Shown one piece after another: positions 1 to 11,985 of a stretch of 64,000 nt of DNA (positions are counted from its first letter, which is position 1; each line of letters starts with the position of its first letter). Under the pieces are notes generated by a model. That model saw only the letters and a list, made by a program, of their open reading frames with translations. It made no database searches and was not told where the DNA came from. The position numbers and the translations under genes are program-made. The stretch is taken from assembly GCA_965112155.1 (NCBI GenBank), contig OZ218111.1, one strand, 5' to 3'. This stretch comes from Podarcis liolepis (Eukaryota).

Positions 1-190
1 GTTCTCACAGTAGCCACCCAGAAACCCACAAGCTGGACCTGAGCACAAGAGCCCTCTCTCCTCCTGCAGTTTCCAGAAACTGGGATTCAGAAGCATCATT
101 GCCTTAGTCCTTGTGGCCAGTAGCCATCAACAGGCCTCTCCTCCCAGGAACTGGTCGAATGCTCTTTTAAAGCCATCTAGGTTGGTAGGT
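1..190 (-). mobile_element. CR1 LINE 3' fragment
   Basis: Resembles the squamate CR1 3' end, with similar pieces near 9480-9795, 48860-49085 and 58490-58850. Boundaries approximate. Confidence 0.55.
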
Positions 191-679
191 GAGAGTGAGA
201 CAGGTGGCTATAAGTGTGTAAGATGTACCATGGAGAAAAGTGTTAAACTTTGTTTTCCATTGTATGCTGAACAGAGAAGCAGAGTGCTTGATATAGTTTG
301 CAGTGATTGTATGTGGTCCACTAAATGTTCCCTCAATGGGGAAAAATAAGTACATTTTAGTATTTCTTGATGATTTTTCAGGGGGTTGGGCTAGGTGACC
401 CTTCAGATTTTTTACAATTCTATGATTCTGTGAAACTGTCTTGGAAGAGGAAGGGACTGAACCCGTGATCTGACTCACATGAGAAATGAATGGTAATAAC
501 TAAACAATATATCCTCTCCTCATGTCTAAATCCATTCATGCAGCCCAGAGGGTAGACCCCCTTCTTGGGCTTCCCCAGTGTGTTCCCCTAGGGCGGGGAC
601 ACATTCCTATCAGGCATTCCCCATGTGGCTATTGGCAGTAGCCTCCCAACCCTCCTCCTGTCCCCAGAGCATCACCCAC

Positions 680-2088
680 CCCAAAGCAGTTAAGCAGGTC
701 TTCCTTGGTGGCTGGATCCAGCTCGCCTTCCTGCAGGAACTGGCTCACATCCTCCAGGATGCTCAGGGAGAAGTTGGCTTGGAGAGAAGTCCCAAAGGAG
801 CTGTTGGCCAGGAGGCTGGAGAGCAGGAGAGCCTGGCCCAGCTGCTGCCTGGCTCCCTCTTGCCCCACTTCGCCAAGGGCAGGAGAAGCCAGCAGGAAGT
901 CCAGCAGCCGCAACAGGTAGCCGGCACTGGGAACCCACTGGGAAGAGGAGTGGGGAGGCTCTTTGCACCGGGCCAACTGGGATACCAGTGCTGTCAGGAA
1001 GGCCGTCGCATCCTGGCAGAGCTGCGGGGGCAGTGGTAGCACCCCTGGGAGCCACAGGAGGGAGCAGCTCCTATCCTGCTCAACAGCCAAGCAGTGAACC
1101 CGCACCCAGGGGTGGGCCAGCTGCAGGGCTTCCAGTAGGGACTTGTTGCTGCACACAAGCTCCTGGAAGCTCTGCAGGTGGGCATCCCCACACTGAGCTA
1201 GGAAGGTGGTGTTATGCAGCGCTTGGGGGCTCCAGGCCCTGGTGCCACACCCTGCTGCTTCCGTGCTCTGGCGCAGAGAGGCATTCAGCCCAGCCCCTTG
1301 GGCCAGCGGGCTGTGGCAGAGGGTGCCCAGCCACTGCCTGGTGGCATCAGAGACTTCCCGCAGGCTGCTGCTGCAGAGGTTTTGGGTCCAGAGGGTCTGG
1401 TTCTCCAGGGAGAGGCAGGTCCAGAAGTCTTCCTGGCCCAGCAGAGGCCTGCTCAGAGCCTCTGAGCAACGGTTGGGTCGGAAGGGCATGGAGAGGTTGG
1501 CACAGAGCTCCTCCACCAGCTCCTGGTGGGCCCCAAGGTGCAAGAGGACAGAGGCATTGCCACACACTGTGCTGTTGAACTGCTGGGGGAAGTACTCCTT
1601 GCAGGCTCGTATCCAGACTGGGTCGCCCTCGATGGAGGAGAAGTACCAGGTGGTGCTGGAACATAAGGCCTCCAGGTCCGGCGGGGGCCGGTGGGGCTCT
1701 TTGGAGCCGTTGAAGAGGGTGCAATACAAGTAGATGGTGAAGTTGGAGATTCCTGGCAAACCAGGGATGCTCTCGTTGCAGGCAGCCTCCAGGACTTCTG
1801 CCTGGGAAGGGGGCTCAGCAAATGCTCTCCGGGGGGCTGGAGGGAGGGTCTCGCTCACCCTGTGCCCTCCCTCAGCAGGCAGCAAGCAACTGGGCACCGC
1901 GGGAGGCCATGGGAAGGAGGCCCTGGAGGCCAATTCCACACGCAGGGTGTCCCAGCTGATGTTGTGTCTGATTCCCCTGCGAACAGCAGAGAAGAGGGTC
2001 CACCACTTACCAGGCACAAGGTGACTCAGTGCCATACCAGAGGTCACTCAGTGGCGACCAGCAGAGCAAGCCAGCAGCCACCACCACC

Positions 2089-2135
<47 letters not shown>

Positions 2136-3970
2136 TTATACCCCGCCCATCTGGCTGAGTTTCCCCAGCCACTCTGGGCGGCTCCCAATTGAGTCTTAAA
2201 ACCAATACAGCATTAAATCTTTAAAAACTTCCCTAAACATGCTCCCAGGGTCCTGCCACAAATGGCCCTCTGCCCAGGTCACTGCCCTGGCAGCACTACC
2301 ACCCTTTCTGAATGTAACTCTATGCCATGTCATACCCCATGGCCTTGCTACCCTTTGCCCAAGGAACAACGAAACTCAGCCCAAGAGTAACAACAAGAAC
2401 AGCATCACCACCACCCAGTCCAGGGAAAGGAGGTTGGTCACCCCCTTCCAGGACATTTAAGAAGGGCCTGTTGCATCAAGAGAAAGATCCAACATCCTGC
2501 TCTCACAATGGCCAACCAGATGCCTGTGGGAAACCAGTAATCAGGATTCGAACACAAAAGCAACACTCTCCCCCACCTGCGGCTTCCAGCAGCTGGTATT
2601 CAGAAGCTGTCCCCACAACCACTTACCACAGCAGCAGCTGCTGCAGGCTTCCTAGGGACAGAGAAGAGGAGTAGTTAAGGTTGTGCCCCCCTAGGAGGCC
2701 TTGCCCATCTCTCCCTCCCTTTGTGCCCTCCCTACCATGGCTTGCAGCCCCACTCATTCACCCACCCACCTACCTACAGAGCACTTCCCATCTGGGTCAG
2801 GCTGGGGGACCCCCACTGCCTCTGAAGCCTCAGCTGCCAGCAGGCCCGTCACATGCAAGACCCTCCTTCGGAAGCTGGTGATGAGGGTAGGGCCTGCCCT
2901 TTGCCACAGTGTCTGCCTCAGCTCCTCCAGCGTCTCCCACAAGATGTTGCCCTCGGAGCCTCCTGCCGATTCCTGCACTTTCCCGCCCGTGCCTGGCTGC
3001 TCCGTCCGGTAGAGGGTCTTTGGGAGGCTGGGGGCACTGCGATTGCCAGGGGGCAGCTCTCGGGGGGTCGCGGGCACCAGGCCAAAGGGCTTCAGCTGGC
3101 CATCAGTGGGGGCAAAACCTGCTGGGTGAATGTGCAGGATGGCTGTCCAGCCAGTGCCCTCAAAGAGCCTGAGTATTTGCCCCAGCCAACTGGCATTCGC
3201 TTGGCACCCACTCTGCCCTGTTGGGGGGCAAAGGGACCCCTGTGGGCCAAGCAACCCAGAGAGGACAGCCTGGCCCAGGGCTTCCATCAGGCTGCTGAGA
3301 ACCTCCCAGCCCTGCTGCCCATGGAGGTGCTGAGGGGGGTCCTGGGCCCAACTGAGGAGCAGGCTCAGCAAGTCCTGGGCAAAGCTCAGCCACCCATCCC
3401 AATGCCAGCTGCCTCGCCGCCAGGAAAAGAGGATGTCCTGGAGGAGCCGGCGTCCAGAGGCTGCTGGTGAGAGCGGCTTCTCGGCGTTGGGTGGTGGCAG
3501 CAGCAGTGGCAGCAGGAGGCTCTCCCAGGACTCCGGGGCTTCCTGCTCCTCCTCGCCCTGGAGGTACAGAGAGATGTTGCGGAGGAAGCTGGACAGGCGG
3601 GATTCAGGGCTCCGGGCCTGGGGAGAGGGAGGCTGCCTGCCCCACAGGGACTCCAGGCTGAGGAGAAGGGGGTGCGTGTGCTGCTGATGTGCCGAGCCTG
3701 GGCTGGGACCCGGAGAAATAGAGCCCCCTTGGCGCTGCTCTCCGGGAGGTGCCAATAGCCCTGCCAAACCCTGTCGCAGGTTTCTGCTTGGCTCCCCCGC
3801 TGCCCCTGCTGGGAGAAAGGGGACAGGGGTCACCGGCCACGGCCAAATGCAGGAGGCCACTTGCATGCCCACACACAGACCCTTGACTCCCCTCCCTGCT
3901 ATGCCCCTGTACCTGACAGAGGATGCGTCAGCAAGAAGAGCCCCCAGAGGCCCCAGAAGAAGGGGGCCAT
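680..3970 (-). CDS. STRC: Stereocilin, 5' part (coding exons 1-4); gene continues left of the window
   Basis: Minus-strand exons 3970-3913 (signal peptide MAPFFWGLWGLFLLTHPLS, Kozak gccagcATGG), 3808/3805-2774, 2651-2627 (25-nt micro-exon SLQQLLLW) and 1976-680. All GT-AG, phases 1/1/2/0 consistent. Motifs GIRHNISWD, ISNFTIYLYC, FWTCLSLENQTLW and ALLLSSLLAN match stereocilin. Position near PDIA3 fits known synteny. Confidence 0.93.
2089..2240 (-). repeat. (AAT)n microsatellite plus L2-type LINE 3' tail in STRC intron 3
   Basis: About 15 AAT units followed by ttataccccgcccatctggctg...cagccactctgggcggct, the reverse complement of a typical L2 tail. Confidence 0.6.
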
Positions 3971-4962
3971 GCTGGCACCCGTCCCATGCGCACAGCGGCT
4001 GGGCCCAGGGAAAAGCGGCTGCTCCGAGAGGCTTGAAATAGGAGCTGACACTGGAGATGCGGTGCTGGTCCTGCAGAGCCGATCCCTTTCTGCCATCCAG
4101 AGCATTAGTTACATCCAGGAAGGAAAGGAGCCCAGCCTGACATGCAGGAGAGGGGGGTCCAGCCACAGGGGCAACAAAACCCCCACAGGCTGGCAAGGAG
4201 CTAGGGCTCCCTACCCTTGGACCCTAGAGAGAAGTCGCCCGTGCTGGGGGGTGGAGCCCTGCCATCTGCCCTGTACCCACAAAGGTGCCCTGATGAGACA
4301 AGGAGGCTCTGCAATCCCATTGCCTGGCTGGGAATGAGACCCGTCTGCCAACCTGATCAGCTGTTCCATGTGGAATTGGGGAGAGAGGATGCACCATCTT
4401 GCCCTTTGCATAAGAGGGCAGAATGCTGTCTGTCTGCTCTGGCATACAAGCTGCCCCAGCCCCTGGATCTGCTTCCTGCTTCCTCAGATATCTCTTTCTA
4501 CTTCTTAGGCAGCAACTCTGCCCCCCTTCCATGCTATGACAAACTATGGGGTCCTTCAAGATGAGGAGGCCTAGAGGCCACTGGGGCGCTCTCTTTGATA
4601 AACCCAGAAAGTAACAGTGGGAATCGAGATGCTTCAAGGGTGCCAGGCTGTGAGATCAGAGCTATAGGATCCTCCATGCCCACAAGTGTGAGCCCAGGCT
4701 TCTGCTGTCTCTAGAGGTCTATGGGAGGTGACCCGAACCTTCTGGTGCACAGAAGCCCCACAGGAAGCCCAAACACCACACAGAAGGAGCTCCACGAAAC
4801 CAATGTGCCTGTTTAGCTTGCCAGGTGCAGCTACCCTGCCCTCTCCTTCCCTCCCTGGTAACCTGAGGCTGGCCCCACCATCCTGACACATCAAGGGGAA
4901 CAATGGGGGCTTGATCCATTATTGATGCCTTGGGTATGCAAGCAGTATGGGGCCTGTCACTC

Positions 4963-4992
4963 GAGGAGGAGGAGGAGGAGGAGGAGGAGGGA
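4963..4992. repeat. (GAG)n microsatellite
   Basis: Visible run of about 9 GAG units. Confidence 0.9.
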
Positions 4993-5546
4993 GACAGGCA
5001 AAGTTGCCTGTGATCTAGAGAAAGAGGAAGAAGCTGGAACTTCTTTTCCTGAGCTCCAAGGCCCTGTGCTGATTCAGAGTCAGTCAAAGGCCAGTCATTC
5101 CAGAGACAAGTGCTAGTTCCAGCCCCTTGGGAATCCCCTTTAGAAGGCAGCTCAGCTCTGCAGAAAGCTCCTCATCTCATGTGGGTGTCAACTCCCAGAC
5201 CCCTTGAGCATGGGCATAACCAAGGAGGGGCAGGGGTAAGATGCTCCCCTAAATCAAGTAAATCAATAAAAATACTTAACTAATGGCGGTTCTGCTCCCA
5301 CCCCATGAAGCCTGCCCCCCAACATAAATCCTAGTTATGTCCATGCCCCTAAGAAGGACTCACCCTTTCTACTCTGCCTAGCTTTAGGGGAAGCTGCTCC
5401 AAATGCCAAGAATCCAAATCAACAATGCCCTCAAGCACCTTGGGTAAAGTGTGCCACTTTCTGTAATAAAAAAAAAATACTCCATCTCCATTATGTATGT
5501 TATAAACATTGCATACTGCCTAGTAGGACAAATCTAAGCAACTTAC

Positions 5547-7503
5547 CAATAATAAAAGGAGTGACAATAATTAAAGAATGGCAAAGAATATTATCAAGAT
5601 ATATTTGGCAGGGCAAGAAACCAAGAATTAAATTTAAGATATTAACTTACACAAGAGAAAGAGGAGGTTTCGCCCTGCCAGACTTGAGGTTATATTATGA
5701 AGCGTCATGTCTTTGTTGGCTGAAAGAATGGATGAAGTTAGAAAATAATGAATTATTGGATTTAGAAGGTTATGATAATAGATTCGGTTGGCACGCATAT
5801 TTATGGTATGATAAAAAAAGAATACATAAAGGGTTTGAGAACCACATCTTTAGAGGATCTTTGATTGGAGTTTGGAATAGGTATAAAAATGTATTAGAAC
5901 CAAAGATTCCACATTGGTTATCACCATTAGAGGTTATGAGTATTAAAAAGATAAATATGTGCGGGAGATGGATAACATATGAGAAACTATTAAAAAAGGA
6001 AGGAAATAAGTGGAAATTGAAACCATATGAAGAAGTAAAAGAATATGTTAAGGATTGGCTGCATTATTTTCAGTTAAATGAAATGTTTAAAAAAGAGGTT
6101 TTAGAGAGGGGATATTCTGAAAAAGAATCTAGATTTCAACAAGAAATCTTAAACAATGAAGTGAAAATTTTATCTAAAATGTATAAAATATTGTTGGAAT
6201 GGAATACTGTGGACGAAGAGGTTAAATCTGTTATGATTAGTTGGGCTAGAGATTTCGGATATAATATTTGTCAGGGAACTGCCATCGGAGCTAGAAGCGG
6301 AGGGAAGGCTCCAAAGGGATGGCGGAGAGGGTCCCAGTAGGGGGAGAGGGAGCCCGTCTGCTGGGGAAGGAAATCAGCGTAACACCAGTAGAGAAGGGGG
6401 GCAGATGGGGGAATTGGGGAGGAGGCTCCAAGACTCCTCGCCGGAGACCAGCGGAGAGAGTACGGGTACTCCACTGCCCACACCCTCCCTGCGCAGAAGA
6501 CTTCCGCGCAGGGAGAGTAGGAGGAGACTTGGCGTCAAGGAACTTTTGTGCTGGAAGAAGTTTAAGAAACGCCCACTGACGGATTCTGCCAGCGACTGAG
6601 ACAGTCACGATGCTGGAGGCTGTTCAGTCAGAAAGGGTTAACCAGGTAACCTAGCCAGGAGTGGCGGCAACTTACACACGAGCAACCCCTATACCCATTA
6701 CAATATTGAATTTGAGAAATGGACTAAATTATGGAAGGATGGGTTAAAGTTTACAGCTTGTACAACGATTAAGGAAAATGTTATGAAGATGTTATATAGA
6801 TGGTATATAACACCAGTAAAACTGGGTAAAATGTATAAAGTGTGTAATAAATGTTGGAAGTGTAAGGAGACAGAAGGAACCTTTTACCATATGTGGTGGG
6901 AATGTAAGAAGGTAAAAAGCTTCTGGGAGATGATCTATAATGAGTTAAAGAAAATGCTGAAATATACTTTTGTTAAAAAACCAGAAGCTCTCTTGTTGGG
7001 AATACTGGATAATGAAATTAGTAAAAAAGATGTGAAATTAGTTTTGTATGCAGTAACAGCAGCCAGAATTTTGCTGGCACAGAAATGGAAACAGGAAGTG
7101 ATGCCCACGAAAGAAGAATGGAGGATGAAACTGATGGAATACGCAGAAATGGACAGATTGACAGGGAGAATTAGGAACCAACGTGACCAGAGATTCTCCG
7201 AGGACTGGAAGAAATTTACAGAGTATATCAAAAATTTCTGTGATGAGCAAATAACGTTCGTTGGCTTTCAAGAAGCTCTGTGAAATTACTGTTAGAAATA
7301 TTGTTTAAAAAATATGATGTGATTAAGAGTATTTGAGTGCAATATAATATTGGGAAATGTGAGACGAGGATAAAAAATAAACGGAAAATTATCAGACAAG
7401 CTGAGGGAAGTTCTGGAAAAAGGGGTTTAAGTTAAAAATGGATGTATAATTTTGTAAAAAAATTTTTTTATGGAAAATCTAATAAAAAATATTTATTAAA
7501 AAA
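5547..7503 (+). mobile_element. 5'-truncated L1-clade (L1/Tx1-type) LINE: ORF2 C-terminus, 3'UTR and poly(A)
   Basis: ORF2 motifs RYIWQGKKPRI, ERGGFALPDLRLYY and zinc knuckle CWKC-x8-HMWWEC. Stop at 7283, then AATAAA and an A tail. 17-bp TSD AAATCTAAGCA(A/G)CTTAC at 5530-5546 and 7504-7520. Confidence 0.92.
6269..6702. mobile_element. Solo LTR (434 bp) nested in the L1 ORF2
   Basis: Starts TGTCA and ends TTACA, with 5-bp TSD ATATT (6264-6268, 6703-6707). GC-rich against the AT-rich L1. Removing it restores the L1 frame (GYNI|EFEKW). Confidence 0.88.
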
Positions 7504-8796
7504 AAATCTAAGCAGCTTACATTTGAAAACCGTAAAAATACAAACTACAGCATTCAAAGAGAGTCCTTAAAAACCCAGGAAAAAATATGCATCCTACAAA
7601 ACCAATCAGTGTGCAAAGCAAAGAAATTGAAGAGTTGGAATCTGGGAAAACTTGAGTAAACATACATGTTTTTAAGAAGCATTTAAGGGTTATTTCTGTC
7701 TCCAATTCTCCACCTCACGAGTTGTGCGCACCGTGGGGGTTATCGGGAGAAAGCCTGTTTCCATGGTGTCAGCAATATGCCCTTCACAGAGCAGCCAGCA
7801 GGTCTCTTCAGAAGAACTTGAAAACAGACTCAGGTGATACAACTACTTGCCACATGCACTGCCCTCTGAGCAGTGGGCTGGAGAGGGAGGGTTATATAAT
7901 GCAGTTGGTGCCCTGTGATTGGGTGCAGAGTTTGTCTATTGTGATGGCCTGGGCTTGGAGTGGGGAGAGGTGGGTCCAGTAGTTAGTTGTGTTTGCTTTC
8001 TGTTGTGGGGGTGGCAAATTCAGAAGTGCAGGGTCCCTTCATGATCGTGACAGTCATGCCCCTTCTAAGATTAGAAAATAATCCTATGATTATGCAATAA
8101 TGAGGAACGCATTGCAACAACCAGTGCAGATTTCCATGTGTTGCTTCCCAGATAAATCTACTATTTTCTGTGCACGTACATGGGCAAATGCATTGAAGTA
8201 CTTCAGTACATTCCTTTGGTGTGTTTTAAGTTGTGCTTCCTGTGAAGTTCCCTTGCACATAACAGAACTTGCAGCCTGTTCTCTTGAAATGGAAGCCTGG
8301 CTTGTCTTTTCAGTGTTCCTCTGCCCTTGACTTTGGAGCACACAGTGGCTGAAAAGCTCCCCTTTGGAGCTGAAGGGGCAGCTCTAGGAGGCTGAAGATG
8401 GCAGCTACTCTGCTGCAGAAACAGGAAAGGATCTCTGACTCCAACCCCAGACCAATACACCACTGCTCAATGGGTGCCTTTTAACATATGCCACCCACTC
8501 TGATGTGGGAAACCTGAATGGAGATTTAAGTGGCATAAGATTTTTTATCAGCAGAGTTGCACTGCAGCGTTGTAGTGGCATAGCTTGTTTGGAACAGAGC
8601 ACCTGAGGCCCTCCAGTTTAACTCCCAACAGCTCAAGCTAGCATGTCCAACAATCGGGGTGATGGGAGCTGGAGTCTAGCAACATCTGCAGGGCCATAAG
8701 TTTCCTGTCTCTGTATGAAGTGGTGGAGATGTATCTTAAGTTACACTAACACAGAGGTGCCTTTGCTGTAGCTCACAAACTGTCAGAATTTGAGTA

Positions 8797-9025
8797 CAGT
8801 CATACCTCATGTTACAGGCGTTACAGGTTGCATTTTTTTGGGTTATGGACCTGCCGAAACCCGGAAGTACCGGAACGGGTTACTTTCGGGTTTCAGGGGT
8901 CACACATGCACAGAAGCGCTAAATTGTGCTTTGCGCATGAGCACCGAATCGCAACCCTCACGTGCCACTTCGGGTTGCAAACGTGTATCCCGCATGGATC
9001 ATGTTCACAACCCGAGCGTCCACTG
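8797..9025. mobile_element. Tc1/mariner (Tigger-like) MITE
   Basis: TA|CAGT...ACTG|TA termini and an internal palindromic segment. Confidence 0.75.
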
Positions 9026-9479
9026 TATAGGATTGTGTCTAAAGTCTACAAACTAATAGATGCAACAGAGTAAATTCCAGTGTACAAAATGATAACATGT
9101 TGGAAAAGAAGAAGTTTTCACCATCACCACAAAGGCTCCCACAAAGTAGGCCTGGCAGACCTCTCTTCTGGAAAGAAGTGCCAGAGGATGAATTAAGGAC
9201 TCCCTTTGCTAAATGGAGTCCACACCCAAACAGGACAGAGAGCCAAACAGCCCTCATCTACTTCTGAGGGTTCCAAAGCTTGGGCTGAAGCTTCCAATGG
9301 CCCTGCAGCCCACCCAGTCAGATTTTCTGAGAGCCTTCCATGACTCATGTTGCAGACCGTTGCACACTCTGGAGGAGGCTCTTTGGCCCTGCCAGCAGTC
9401 AAGGCTGGGCTAAAGGTCAAATTGACTCAGCTCAAGGCAACTCTCACCAACCCCCAAGGAAGCACATGGAAGATTCAAG

Positions 9480-9795
9480 ACAAATAAAAGGAAGTCATTC
9501 TTCACACAGCTGTGGAACTCACTCCAATAGGAGTGGCAGAGATGGATACCAACTCGGATGGCTTTCAAGGAACATTAGATAAACTCACGGTAGTCGATGG
9601 CTATTATTGATCGCTACACTCTGCCTCCATGGCTAAAGGCAGAAACTGCTGAAAACTGCAGGAGGGGAGATTTGCTAGGGTGCTGGGATCCTGCTTGCTG
9701 TTTTCCCATTGGGGGAATCTAGTCAGCCACTGTGAGAACAGAATCCTGAACTAGATTGTCCACGGGCGTGATCCAGCAGGCTCTCCTTATGATAA
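9480..9795 (+). mobile_element. CR1 LINE 3' fragment
   Basis: ttcttcacacagc/tggaactcactcc/ggctttcaaggaacattagataaa and 3'UTR ...tgatccagcaggctctccttatg. Boundaries approximate. Confidence 0.6.
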
Positions 9796-9946
9796 CATGG
9801 CCAGATGTTAGATGGCCAGCAAGGGCAGGAGGGGAGGGGGCTGTTCTGGCCATGCCTGACGTCTCCCTCCCATGGGGGCCTCTGGTAGCAGAGGCTACAG
9901 AACCAGATGACGCCCCCTTGCCTCCGCCCGCCTCCGCAGCTACTCC

Positions 9947-10037
9947 CATAGCTGTCAACTTTTCCCTTTTCTTGCGAGGAATCCTATTCGGAATAAGGGA
10001 ATTTTCCTTAAAAAAAAGGGAAACGTTGACAGCTATG
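9947..10037. mobile_element. 91-bp MITE with TIR CATAGCTGTCAAC and 9-bp TSD
   Basis: Perfect 13-bp TIRs. TSD AGCTACTCC at 9938-9946 and 10038-10046. Confidence 0.88.
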
Positions 10038-10199
10038 AGCTACTCCTCTTGTCCATAGCTCTGGCCAGCGGGTGCCAAGCGGCCAGAAGAGAGACGCGTA
10101 AGGAAGGCCACCTTTGCTCCCGGGGTCAAAGTCCGCTCCCCCGTCATAATTTTCCCCTCGGGAAGCTGCTGAGAAGTGAGCCCGCAGCCACGCTCCCGG

Positions 10200-10349
10200 C
10201 CTTAGCCTGGTGCACGTGGGCGCGAGCCCCGCCCCCTAGGCGGCAGTCGGCCAATCGGCGCCCACCCATGGGCGGTACCCATCACGTGGCGCGAAGGTTT
10301 AAATACCCCTTGGGGCGGGCGGGGCGGGGCGCGTGGGCCAGGCTGCGCC
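10200..10349 (+). promoter_or_regulatory. CpG-island promoter of the ZIP1-like gene
   Basis: CACGTG E-boxes (about 10213 and 10283), CCAAT (about 10251), TTTAAATA (10298-10305) and GC boxes directly before the ATG. Confidence 0.65.
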
Positions 10350-11985
10350 ATGGGCTCGCTGCAGGTTCTGAAGCTGGGCTGCCTGCTGGGGCTGGCGCTG
10401 CTGCCGCTTCTCTGCGGCCTCCTGCCTGCCGTCCTTCTCAGCCTCCGGGGGGCTGGCGGGACCGGTGAGTGAGGGCGAGAGCAGGGCAGAGCTGGGCGGG
10501 GGTCGCGGCTGGGCTCCTTTTTCCCCCCATCTCAGCACTCGCTTTTATTTCTCCCTCCGCAGGCTTCTTTGCGCGCTGGCGGGGCGTCCTGAGCTGCGCA
10601 GCCGGTGGCGTCTTCCTGTCCGCTTGCCTGCTGGACATCGTGCCGGACTCGCTGGCCGACCTGCGCGAGGACCTGAGCCAACAGATTCCCCCGGTACCGA
10701 GCGGGGAAGAGTAGGGCGGGGGATCAGGACACTGTGACCGGGCCCGGAGGGTTGGAGCCGCATCACGGGCTGCAGCCCCCGAACAAAAAGTGGGGAGGGG
10801 GGCTCCAGCGAACATCTTGCTGGCGCTGCTGGTCGCCGGAGTCCCGCTGGCCCTGCCCGCCCAGCTTTTGCGAGACAGCATGTGATGGGGCTGAGCTGAC
10901 TCACACGCTCCTATGCTCGGAGGAGGAGGGAAGAGGCCGCGAGATGTTGACTGGACAAAGGCCTGAGTTGCTCTCAGAGTTGCCCTGTGGGAAAGGTTAG
11001 GGTGATCTTCAAATGGGCTGCTTACCTCCCCTCCATATTAAGCACACCAGGGCTGCCCTGTAACCTTCTGAAAGCAGTAGCCAAGCATTCCTTTACCTGA
11101 AACCTTTCCTATTTAATTCCCAAGATAGGGGTTGTTGCAGCCCTGGGGAAGAATTCTCGGGAGCCCAGAGACTCTGGAGCTCCTTTGGTGGTTTGGCCCT
11201 CCTGGCTCCAGGGGAGACGCCCTTGGGTGGGTGTCGGGGCCTCGAGGGAACGGTTACTCTCCTAACCTGATGGTGCCTCCCTTTTCTTCCCTGCCCCACA
11301 GCTGGACTTCCCGATGCCCGAACTGGTCCTGGCGCTGGGCTTCCTGCTGGTCCTGGTCCTAGAGCACATCATCCTGGCCTGCAGCGAGCAGCAGGGGGAT
11401 GAGGCCTCCCTGCCCCTCTTGCCTTGCCCCTCTCCCCCACATGGCGAAGAGGGCAGCCTGGCTGAGCAGCAGCAGCAGCCACACTTGGAGGCGGGGACCC
11501 CCCACTGTCACACGGGGGACACCAAAGCACCCTCGTCCTTCCGCTCCCTGGTGCTGACGCTCTCTCTCTCCTTCCACTCAGTGTTTGAGGGCCTGGCAGT
11601 GGGCCTGCAAGACACAGAATCAAAGGTCCTCCAGCTGGCTGTGGCCATTCTCCTCCACAAGACCATCATCGCTGCCAGCTTGGCCCTGCTGCTGCTCCAG
11701 AGCCGCCTCCCCCTGCGCTGGCTGGCAGCCTCCATCATCACCTTTGCGCTGATGTCCCCTCTGGGTGTGGGGCTGGGCATGGCTGTGATGCATAGTCCTG
11801 ATGCAAGCGGCAATCCCACCATGACCCGGAGTGTGCTGGAAGGCGTGGCTGCTGGGACCTTCATGTACATCACCTTCCTGGAAATCTTGCCTCAGGAGCT
11901 GAACAATCCTGCCAGACGCCTGCTCAAAGTCCTTGCTGTGCTGCTGGGTTTCTCAGGGATGGCTGGCCTGCGCTTCTTGGGCTGA
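10350..11985 (+). CDS. ZIP subfamily II zinc transporter (SLC39A1/ZIP1-like), 309 aa
   Basis: Exons 10350-10464, 10563-10693 and 11302-11985, phases 1/0. Motifs LSCAAGGVFLSACLLD, LSLSFHSVFEGLAVGLQ, ILLHK and LEGVAAGTFMYITFLEILP. ATTAAA at about 12148. Orthology among SLC39A1/2/3 cannot be resolved by eye. Confidence 0.92.

Noticed and set aside
2754-4196. 480-aa ORF as a standalone gene
   Set aside because: It is STRC exon 2 read through flanking introns. The signal-peptide exon (3970-3913) is in another frame.
8090-8341. 83-aa minus ORF as a CATSPER2 remnant
   Set aside because: No channel-like hydrophobic or S4 pattern and no supporting exon chain.
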